Shown one piece after another: positions 24,906-35,984 of a DNA stretch of 64,000 nucleotides. Position 1 is the first letter of the stretch, and every line of letters starts with the position of its first letter. The stretch lies in assembly GCA_030141605.1 (NCBI GenBank), contig JAQGDQ010000316.1, positions 186,001 to 250,000 of the forward strand, in the 5' to 3' direction. The notes beneath the pieces were generated by a model. It made no database searches. It was not told the origin of the DNA and saw only the letters and a list, made by a program, of their open reading frames with translations. Both the position numbers and the translations under genes were made by a program. The DNA is from Tubiluchus corallicola (Eukaryota; Animalia; Priapulida).

Positions 24906-25263
24906 TGTTAATAATGGGTATGGTCGAGAAGCCCAGTAATGTAAAAGTATCTGTATAAAACAGAATGCATGCCGTAATTTGACGACTCCAACCTGGCCTT
25001 TCTGTCTGTAAGGGTGAATGCTGTAGGTATGCTAATTTTTACACAGAAGTCTGTTCACATGTCATGGAGCTACTGGTTGTGCATTAAAGTTTATTTTACA
25101 TTCGTATACTTTTTACTTTTCTCGTCTGCCGTAGTATTTCATAACTTGTATGCCGCTCTATACATTCTGAGATGGAACCGCGCAGTGGATCCCGGATCCG
25201 TTACACTGGTGTCAGAAGTGGGATCCGAAATTATCGCCTAGAATGAAACCCGGATCCGTTGCA
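24906..25263 (+). mobile_element. LTR + tRNA-Leu PBS remnant (5' boundary uncertain)
   Basis: ...ccgttaCA, 1 nt, then TGGTGTCAGAAGTGGGAT at 25207-25224. The LTR end cccggatccgtt(a/g)ca recurs at about 25249-25263. Confidence 0.6.
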
Positions 25264-25779
25264 ATATATATTGTGATGCTGTCTATGATAACAAATATTC
25301 ATAATTTACTACGTGTCTTAACTAAAGAAAATTATAAAAAAAGAAAAGAAAGAAAATAAAGAAAAATGAAACACTTAGCAACAGTTTATAGCTGACACTT
25401 ACGCGTGGAGTCGAAATGCAAACCAAAGGGGTTAAAGCAAAAATTACTGAATCACGACTGACTTAATAACAGCAACCAAGAAGAGAAAAACAAAATGAAA
25501 CCGAAGCCGAACATGGCCGAGAACGCACTGCCCTCGAATCTACGAGAACAGGTTACACGCTCGAGAAAATTGGCCTAGAAAACTGAGCTCTGATTGGGCC
25601 ACGCAATTTTACATTCAATAAACTACATCAACCACGCAATCAACATTCATTTTCACGAAGCCCGTGGTTTCCGAGGCGGTTTAATCCTGCGACCCGCCAC
25701 CATATATTCTAACACAACCATTAACTGTCAAACAAAGAGAAAAATAAAAATGACACAAAATTTCATTGGCACCACCCTC

Positions 25780-25806
25780 TCCCCCTCTCTCTCTCTCTCT
25801 CTCTGC

Positions 25807-25842
<36 letters not shown>

Positions 25843-25886
25843 GCCACTCTCTGCCATTCTCTCTCTGCCACTCTCTCTCTCTGTCG

Positions 25887-25961
<75 letters not shown>

Positions 25962-26060
25962 CTCTCGCTCTCTCGCTCTCTCGCTCTCTCTCACTCTCTC
26001 GCTCTCTCGCTCTCTCACTCACTCTCTCTCTCTCTCTCTCGCTCTCTCGCTCTCTCACTC
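25780..26060. repeat. (CT)n microsatellite
   Basis: Imperfect CT dinucleotide tract. Confidence 0.95.
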
Positions 26061-26074
26061 TGCCAAGATATCGC

Positions 26075-27200
26075 ACAGCAATGTTGTGATAAATTGTACG
26101 ATTGGTGCCAAAAGTGGAGGCAAATTTTAAATTTTGATACAAACAAGACTGAGGCTATTATATTTGGTAATGTAAATGAAAATACAATACCATCGCTAAA
26201 AATTGTGCAAAAGTCGATAAGTTATGTAAATGATACTAAATCGGTGAGTAACTGTCGACAAACAAATAAGTTTTGATAAACATGTTGCTAAAATTAGACA
26301 AAAAGCTTGGAAAAAGTGGCACAACATTAAACAGTTATCCTTTAAGTATAAAGGTATGAAAATGTCCACCATTTTAAAGCTGTTTGAAACAATTGTTGTA
26401 CCTACCGTCTTCTATGGGTCAATTGCCTGGATGGTCAAAAAGCATAGTTATTTTGAAGACCTGTGGTATGATGTTGTCAAAACAGCAGCGGGTGTAGGTT
26501 ACAATCCTAGCAAAAATGAAATCCAGCATATTTGTGGCGTCCCTCCCATTGATGGAACGTATGATAATATATGTAGTAAATTTATGTTAAAAGTGTTGGC
26601 TAATCCAGAAAATGATCTACTTAGGAAGGAAATAGCTCTATGTGAAACCATGCCAATGAATGCTAGATAGTGTGTGCATCCTGTAAAAATTCACCTGGCA
26701 ACTACCAAGTCTTTCTTGAAGATTAATATAGGCAAAAGGATGGCTCGAAATTTTTAACAACCCAATGGGAAAGAAGATTTTATTATTGTACCCAAATAGC
26801 AAATTTACCACAAGATAGACCTACACCTATGTTAACGCCGCTGTGTCTATCACTAACGCATTACGAAAGGCTTATTGAAACAACTGCATTAAACTTACTT
26901 TTAAATAGAGGAACTAAATCATTTCGGTATAGAATAGGTGAACAAAATACAGATTGCTGTCATTGTAACAATGCAACTCCTCAAAAACACCAGAACACAT
27001 ATTTGACTGTGATTTGGTAGACCATCAGTTTCGAATAAATTTAAGACAAGTTCTGCCCTCAGCCAACATAAGCGAGTTTTATCTGAAAATAGATAAAGAT
27101 GTAAATATTGTTAGAGATGTTGTGTGGAAAAAATTGTTATAAATTCATTCAAATTGTATTTACAGAAAAACATGTACTGAGTTAATCGTTATATAAATTA
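26075..27200 (+). mobile_element. Degenerate 3' fragment of a non-LTR retrotransposon (RT thumb to C-terminal Cys/His motif)
   Basis: DWCQKWRQILN..KTEAIIFG; ILKLFETIVVPTVFYGSIAW; CCHC..EH near 26960-27000. Broken by frameshifts and stops. Confidence 0.78.
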
Positions 27201-27670
27201 TAGTGTAAAATATGTATATATTTTAAATTTATTCTTAATAGGTGTTGTGAAAGCTAAAATTGTGGTTTTGATGTACATATGTAAAAGTTCTGTAAAAGTT
27301 AGAAAACTGAAACACTACTAGTAGAACATGTATGTACAAAACTGGCATTATGTATATTATTGTTATCGTACAATTGAAAATTCGTGCTAATAATTTTGCT
27401 CTGTGTTGCTCTGAATGTTCAAATGGCCCAATAAGAACATACATATTATTAAATATGAAGTATTAATAATATTAATATTAATTAAATAAGTTAAATATTA
27501 TTTTCGACATTTTTCAGAATAATGATATTAATGCGACGAATGTTTTATAGCATGACGTTAAGCGAGGACGATTGTGTTCTACACATACGCAACGAGCAAT
27601 TTACGTATTGACTTTTAAGAGATTTAGCTTTCTAATAACGTTTGGCATAAGAAGGAGTATTGTAGTTTTA

Positions 27671-28508
27671 CCGTATATACTCGCATATAAGCCGAATTTA
27701 GAACTATAAAATACAATACTGAAATCAGGAGGTCGACTTATATGCGCATGAAACAAAATGAACACAAGGGCAGACACTAATGCCAATTTTCCAGCCACAC
27801 ATTTTCATCGCTATCTGACTCTTTATTTGGTTGTGTGTCACCAGTGGTTTATTGGAGGGGGATCATGGGGGATCGCCGTCCACCCACTTTTTTTTTAGAA
27901 AAAATTCACATTTCAACAAATGTCTGCTTTTTGTATTCATTAGATAAAAAATATTAAAAATGTATACGGGTTTAATATTAAATCTACTTGTTTTCATTTT
28001 TTCAAAAAACGGTTTTAAATAATGTCAATTTCTTTCAAATTTGTGAATGTAAAATGGTAAGTCTTGAGACTAGCCGTCCACCTACTTTTTATTTAGCAAT
28101 ACACCACTGTGTGTCACCAGTTGCGAGCCGTAACCAAGCTAGAGCTAGTGGTGAAGCCGACGTCATCAGCCAATTGGTAGGCAGCGCGTGGGGAGACGAG
28201 GGTCACGTGGCTTATAGAGGAACATATTGGTGTACACGTTTTCTGAACAGACACTCTATAAGTTTGAGACAGAGAACGAAAATTGCACAAAAATTGCCAT
28301 CACAATATGAACATAAACTTTTGGGTTTTCAAAAGTATGTTATTGATCAAAGAAAGGCTGGTGACTTCCCTCTCTGCAGAATTGGCAACATGGATGAGAC
28401 AAGTTGATGGTCAGCTTATATACGGGTTTTTGCAAAAACTGGCCATTTTAAAGCAGTTTTAGGGGGTCGGCTTATATGCAATGTAGGCCTATATGCGAGT
28501 ATATACGG
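27671..28508 (+). mobile_element. Non-autonomous pogo/Tigger-like DNA transposon with transposase remnant
   Basis: TA|CCGTATATACTCGCATATA ... TATATGCGAGTATATACGG TIRs. Internal YWCTRFLNRHSISLRQRTKIAQKLP...IGNMDET (CENP-B HTH end to first DDD aspartate). Confidence 0.9.
27842..28109. mobile_element. hAT-type MITE nested in the pogo element
   Basis: CAGTGGTTTATTG...CAATACACCACTG TIRs with a perfect 8-bp TSD TGTGTCAC (27834-27841 and 28110-28117). Confidence 0.88.
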
Positions 28509-28655
28509 GCTATTAGGTCTCAGTAAATAGCCAGTTCTCCGGTCACCGTAGTTGACAGAATGATTGTTGACTCATTGCTTTAGGTAGGATAGCCGAGTGG
28601 CTTAGGTTTCAGATTACATAGCTTTGTCACATTGCTCATGAATTCAATTTTGTAG

Positions 28656-28834
28656 TTGCAATCGTGCAAGACAAAGACTATTATTTTGCAAGAAGACTAA
28701 AGGCTTGTATGAGAGGAGCAGGCACTGATGAAGACGGGATTCTTCGAATTATAGTGTCACGATGTGAAAAGGACATTTTGTCGATAAGGAAGTATTATGA
28801 CAAGACCTACGGTTCTCTGATAGCAGATATTGAG
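28656..28834 (+). CDS. Annexin coding exon 7 (repeat 4)
   Basis: ttttgtag| VAIVQDKDYYFARRLKACMRGAGTDEDGILRIIVSRCEKDILSIRKYYDKTYGSLIADIE |gtacga. Confidence 0.95.
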
Positions 28835-30766
28835 GTACGAATTACATATGTAAATAAGGTGTGATGACTCTAGTACATTTGAGCGAGATGAACAGCTGCG
28901 TGTGCTTCACGACTGAAGTTAAGCAATGCTAAATCTGGTCAGTGATGGTTCGTGACTGTTTGGATTTAATATGTAGAAATTTGCAAACTATTTTTATATT
29001 TATAACCTTTTATATTGTTGTCTTTTGATCAACTGGAACTTGCATGCCTGAGAGAATAAAGCTCTAATCACATGACCCGACTTACAAGTTCCTATTGGAA
29101 GGTACATTAAATTCATGCATACAGACCATAAATGGAAAGGTCACCTATACTCTACAGACTACTAGTTAAACCAAAATCAAAGCCTACTTGGCTTCGTTGA
29201 TAGCACAATAAAGATTATTGGTTTACAGAAAGCTGTGTTGTAATGTTATAATTTTTCTCTATTTAAATTTGATTAAGAGAGTTAGAACCAGAAATAAAGC
29301 ATGAAATTAACAATCTAATTACTCTGATTAATGACTATTTCTAAAAGCAAAAGGAAACAATATTTAGAAAGAAAAAATCGCTCTCTGGCAAACTTTGTAC
29401 AATTAGAGTGTAGATGGCAGCATAGACTAAAGGAGTACTTTAGTGTAATTGACTAACAATTAAATGGATCAGATAATACCACAATCGCGTACTCGGTACA
29501 ATATGCGACATAATACTCATCATACCGATTCCAAATATTTACATCGTTGAGCACATCCAATCGTAGCTATTAAAGCACTTTTGCAGCAAGTCTAATGTTC
29601 ATCTTCTGAATTCAAATAATATTCTTGGCAAAACTATGGTTTTGGTAGCACTTTCTTATTGGATCCTGGATTCCAAATGATAATCTGCGAGTAGCTGGAT
29701 TGTCACTAAGCCCCTAACATGGTAAACTGTGAAGTTGGTGAAATGGTCAAAGGATGCGTTTTTGCATGTATGGTAGCCGGATAATGCTAGATGATTTTTT
29801 AGTATTTTTCTAAAAACGGGTCACATGATATGGAAGAAGTTGTTAAAACAGGGTCACATAAATAATTTACTAAAATACAAAATGTAAGAGTAAGGGGCAA
29901 AATGGCTTTGTCACTCAACTGCTCTTGCAGTATTTGACTGGGAACTTTGCAGTCATTCACTCATGTTGCTGTTACACGTTGTGAAAGATATTTGTGAAGT
30001 TGAAATGGAACACTTGTAGAAAACAACTAAACACTAGATTGCATGTTTGCACAAAAACTGAAACACGTTTATTGCACTAAATACACAGTAAAATGCACAA
30101 GTAAAATGATGAACACAACTGCTGCACAGCACTGAGTGTGTAACAGAGAGACAGTGTGTCCCATGAGTTGCACGACTGCACTGCCTGAGACAGAGAGTGA
30201 CTAGCAGTGAAATCTAGCCAGTTTATATAGGTAGAGAAGTATGCAAAAAATTGGCTTCACATATCTCATTACAGTGAAATAGGGGAGATACAGTGAGTTT
30301 GAATATTCATTGGACCATACAATTGCATTAAGGGGTGAATTGAACTAGTAAATGTTAAAGTAACATATCAATAGATGGCAGCACCTAAATATACAGTTAC
30401 AACTTTCACACACGTGCTTTACAGTTTACGGTAATGTTCATGTTGATGTCCTTGTCATGTTGCAGAAGCTTAAGCCAGGTAAATACTATTCCGTTATCAG
30501 CATGTTTGTGTATATGCTCGCACAGTGGATAATAATTTCTCATAAATTCATTCTTGCTCATGATAACCCGGTAATGAAAGAAAGAAAGAGTGTGCACGCA
30601 CCTGCGTGTGTGCGTGTGTGCTTATGCGTGCGTATGAGAGAAAGAGGGGAAGCGAGAGAAAGAGCGAGGGATACAGAAAAAGGGAATTGGAAAGAAAGAG
30701 TGGGAGACAATAGAAAGGGTTTTATGTATTAAAAAACATTGATGAATTTGTTCATTCACATTTCAG

Positions 30767-30826
30767 GATGAATACGAAGCAAGCCCGTACAGGAACTGGT
30801 TAATAAAGCTCCTTGGTGGTTATTAG
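30767..30826 (+). CDS. Annexin last coding exon
   Basis: cacatttcag| DEYEASPYRNWLIKLLGGY*. AATAAA at about 30923, 30937 and 31075. Joined CDS is 969 nt (322 aa), the normal size for a 4-repeat annexin. Confidence 0.88.
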   Translation, partial: DEYEASPYRNWLIKLLGGY

Positions 30827-31173
30827 CTGCACCACTTGGAGCTAATCCATACGAAAATTCTAACTAAATATATAAAACTTTTGTTATAATTATGAATCAT
30901 CAACTAATGTTAACCAAGTGTTAATAAAGAGTGCAAAATAAAACAAAAGGTTAACATAATTTTCCCTAGATAGTTATTTTATGGTGGACACATAAAAGTT
31001 GTTTGCATTTATTTTGTTATTTGAAGATGCAGTTGTAAAGAGTTATAGACATTTGGTGTTTGTGACTTTGTAAGTAATAAAAATTATACGTAACATTATT
31101 GCGTAACTGAAGATTCAGTTGTAACTTGTTTTACCAGTTTGATGGATGTAACTTTTTAGATCACAGTAGTTAC

Positions 31174-31295
<122 letters not shown>

Positions 31296-31547
31296 TGACA
31301 TCTGCTACAGTGAACCTACAGATCAACTAAGATGATTTTTGTATATAAATAATAATTTTAAGCCTTTGATTACCAGACCAAACCTCATAAGTATGTGAGT
31401 TTAGGGTAATTCTACGTGTAAAAAGAAAATATGCAGCAACTATAATCAATATTAAACAGTACCATTTTCTTTAACTCAGACAAACGTTAATGTTATGCTG
31501 CTAATTGTACACATGGCTGTTGAACATTGCGGTTTTGTTTAATTCAG

Positions 31548-32416
31548 ACATAAAAGAATGTGATGCCACCAGTCCTACTCATGACTGTGATCCTGTCCTT
31601 GATAACTGTTCAAATATTAATGTCAGCTTATTGATTTAACAATTGACGTGAGTAGATGAAATGCTACAGGAATTATTCAGTCAGGTAAAAATGCGGTAAC
31701 ATTCCCAAAACAAGAGTAAAATATGCATGCAATGTATGAATGAACTGGAAATGTGTACTAGAAATATGTGCATGTAAATTGTGCCAAAGTGAGGCAAAAG
31801 TTTTTGTTTAATTTTAATTTAAGGATAAAAGGCAGGGATAAATGTTATGCCTGCCTGAAAGGTAATGCAAAGACGCAAAACTGATCACAGTAAATCTTGA
31901 AAAATGCATACTATACAGAAATAATTTACATGTGTTCTAATTATGCACCTTGAATCAGCGCTATTTGTGAAAAGATAAAGTTTAATGAATCAAAATAAAA
32001 TTGTACAAGTTTCAACTGATAACTGGTTCAAACTTCGCAAACTCTCTGCATAACTATGTGTCGTAACTCTGTGCATTAAAACAAAATAATGTAGTATTCA
32101 TAATCAATCTTTACACGTTAAACTTTGCCATTTTGCTTAACTCACATGTAAATAAACATTATTCTACTAATCCTACTCGTGACCTTGACCTATTCTTTGC
32201 CAACTGCAAAAACAGTAATGGAAGTTTTACATGTCAGTGTATTAATGGAACAATTAATATGAAAGGTTCAACTACTGGAGGAATTATTTATTACAGAAAA
32301 ACAATTAAGCAGTTAATATTAAATTAGGTGTCTACTAACTAATAATTTGAGATAATTTGATGTGAAAGAATGTAATGCCAATTCACGACTATGATCCAAC
32401 CCTCGCGGTTTGTATA
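31548..32416 (+). pseudogene. Degenerate calcium-binding EGF-like exon remnants (three pieces)
   Basis: ttcag|(D)IKECDATSPTHDCDPVLDNCSNIN at 31548; ..FANCKNSNGSFTCQCINGT at about 32195-32250; DVKECNANS../HDYDPTLAVC at about 32358-32416. All are broken. Confidence 0.6.
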
Positions 32417-33493
32417 GCTAAATAATATAATGTAAATGACATGTGTAAGTTTAATATTCAGTAGTGAAAAGCAGTCATTTGCAGTTTTTCACATTGAAAC
32501 TGCTTTTTCCAGGAGAATTTTCACTAACGTTTGACAAACGTGTGACGGATTAAGGGCAAATGAGTCACATTAGCTAGTTTTAATATCAGTGTAATGTATC
32601 GATTTGATACAAATGCTATAAATTTCTGAAAGGCACGCTTTCATTCTACCACAGAAAGTGAAATGTGCGGCATTATTAAACTTAGAAAACTGATATTAAT
32701 ATTTACAATCCCCTTTTGTGAGGCGGCTGCCTGTTTGTATTCTATGCTATACCCTACCTCAAGCCCCGCGTGTTATAATAATATTGCTTAAATTATCTAT
32801 GACGCGAAATGAAAACCATAGCTCGATGTGAAAATGCCCTGTATGCCCTCTGAATTTATTGTCGTTTTGCGGTTTTATAACTGCTAGAAAATTTTGAAAG
32901 CGCATTTTGTAGTTGAAGTCACTCGATAACAGACGGATTTCGCTGCAATCATTGTGATTAAATTATGGATAATTTTATAATTGCGGTTATAACAGGAATA
33001 TTTCTGATTTCTGCAAGTGTTACTGCAAATTACACACCAGGTATGATTTTTTAACTAATAGCAGACTAGGCGTTGTATATATAATGAGTACAAAACAATT
33101 TTAGGTATTCACGAACAAAACTTGAATAGTTATTATGTATTATTTGGCTAACTAACAGAAAAGATCTAAATTTTACCATTTGACTACAAATGGTCATCAG
33201 AAGAAAACAGGAAGAACTAAAAAAAAACTTGTTTGTTAAATATAGTCAGGTTACTTTAATATTTTTTTATTATCTAATTTAATATTTTTTCACTAAAGGT
33301 GTAATAAGCAGTTTAATTATTGCACAAATTAAACCAGTCTTACTTCGAAGGTGTCACTCTGTAAATAAAGTAGAGTTCTAAGCCTAGTGGAGTGTCTTTA
33401 TCTAGGAATTACATTAGATACACTGAGTCTGTCACAGATATGTTATAATGGTTCATTTCTTCACTTTCTTAAGCTGACATTCGGAATCATTGT

Positions 33494-33968
<475 letters not shown>

Positions 33969-34180
33969 AAATGTAAATTTAATAAGATATAAAATGATAT
34001 TAAGATTATAATTATTATTATTATTTATTCGTGAATTTTAGCTTATCTTGCTTGTAACCATTTCATCAAAAACTTAAGCCAAAGGATCGCGCTTCTTCTT
34101 TTTACAATGAAAAAAATCCGTTATTTATTTCTTTTCATTATCTTTTATCTTTATCCATTGTACTCTACTCTGCTTATAAC

Positions 34181-34340
34181 TTTAATTCAGCAAAAAGCTA
34201 CAGGCTTTGCGTTAGTTAAACAAACAGTAGGCAGGATGTTACGGGCTTTGCGTTATAAATGAGGACTAAGTAGAACGTTCGCGTATTATTGATTACACGT
34301 GTATTTATACGCAAAATCTTTTGCGGGGCCTTTGCTATTT
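34181..34340 (+). mobile_element. 3' fragment of the non-autonomous Helitron family
   Basis: Near-identical to 20391-20553, including tacgcaaaatcttttgcggggcctttgcta. Confidence 0.82.
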
Positions 34341-34486
34341 ATTATATTATAGCACATAGTTTCAACTTTGTGAAAAATGTTTGAAATGGTTTTGTTGTAA
34401 TGCTGTGCTGTTGGTGCTTGTGCTATAGGTGTCGTCATCATTGCCACCATCATCATCATCATCATCAACATCATGATCACCACGTG

Positions 34487-35031
34487 AGGTGGTGGATTTG
34501 ATGTGGTGTGGTGGTGGTGTGCTTTGTGTGTTGTGCTATGGATGGTGTGGTGGGGTGATAGGGTGTGTGGGGTGTGGTGTGGGTAGTGTGGTATGGAGTG
34601 GGTGGCGTGGTGTGTGGGTGGGTGGGTGTTGTGGTGCAGTGCGGTGTGATGTGGTGGAGTATTATGGTGTGGGTGGTGTGGTGTGGTGTGTGGGTGGTGC
34701 GATGTTGTGTGGTGCAGTGGTATGGTGTGGTGCAGTGTGGTGTGATGTGGTGGAGTCGTATGGTGTGGGTGGTGTGGTGTGGTGTGTGGGTGGTGCGGCG
34801 TGCTGCAGTGGTATGGTGTGGTGCAGTGTGGCATGATGTGGTGGAGTGGTATGGTGTGGGTGGTGTGGTGTGTAGGTGGTATGGTGTGGTGCGGTGCGGT
34901 GTGGTGGTATTGTGTGGTGCGACGAGGTGGAGTGGTATGGTGTGGTGCAGTGTGGTGTGATGAGGTGGAGTGGTGTGGTGTGGGTTGTGTGTTGATTTGT
35001 GCACAAAATTCTCTTTGTGGGGTTTGGCTAG
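34487..35031 (+). mobile_element. (GTGTG)-rich tract ending in a Helitron-type 3' terminus
   Basis: GTG-rich repeat followed by the hairpin cacaaa..tttgtg and gggtttggCTAG (35028-35031), similar to the terminus at 35288. Confidence 0.62.
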
Positions 35032-35984
35032 AAACTTATATAAATATAAGCTAATAGTGATATCAGGTTATCAAGGACATGATTGTGATGAAGGTACAAT
35101 ACTCTTTTCTTAAAAATGACATATATATATATATATATATCTATATCAACGTATAATGATTTATAAGCTAATAGTGATATATTGTGAATACACAATATAT
35201 TATATATTATTTGGCTTAATAGTTATATATATTAAGTTATCATAAGTGGTATGGTGTGGTGCAGTGTGGTGTGATATTAATATTATACTAGCGAAACCCG
35301 CAAAAAAATTTGCGCATAAATGAACACACAACCTACACAACACCACCCACACCATACCACCCCACCGCATTACCCACACCAGCCACACCATGCAGCTTTG
35401 TAAGTAAGGAACCTGAAGTGAAACGTACAATTATTTCCAATCTTGTTACCTGTGGTCGTATTGTTCCTGAGTTACCCACGTCATCATGTAGTCCAGTTCC
35501 TCCTCTTTCTGAAAAGCTTTCCTATAAGAACTCCATTAATTATTGTTCGAAATGTTATTTTCTGCAACAGTTCTTATAATGCCAGAGGGAGTGCTCACCT
35601 TTTGTCACGGCTTGCAACGTGCTAGATCTAAATGCAGTCAACAAAATATGCATTTAGATCTAGGCAGGTTTACCCCGTCTGGCTCCTGTTTTTACTTACC
35701 GTTTTTCTCAAAGCAAAAAGAACATTATATCACTAACCCTAACAGATTAGTTTTCTATTATACAGAATGGTGACTATAGTATTTTTTTCTAACATCCTAT
35801 GAAATTATTCCAGATAAGTCGCCCATTTCTGTGAAGAGCTTACTTCAGCCAGCAATACAGGTTTTAATTTTGATTTACCAAATAAAGTAAACCATACCAA
35901 GTGAGCAGCCTGGCAACGTCAAATAGCAACACTAGTTTTTATTTATTTGAATAGCTATTTTATTTGTCATGTTTTGCAACCTCG

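Noticed and set aside
28905-28965. 5S-rRNA-like fragment (gaagttaagcaa...tggtcagtg)
   Set aside because: Too short and degenerate. At most a SINE3-like relic, not an rRNA gene.
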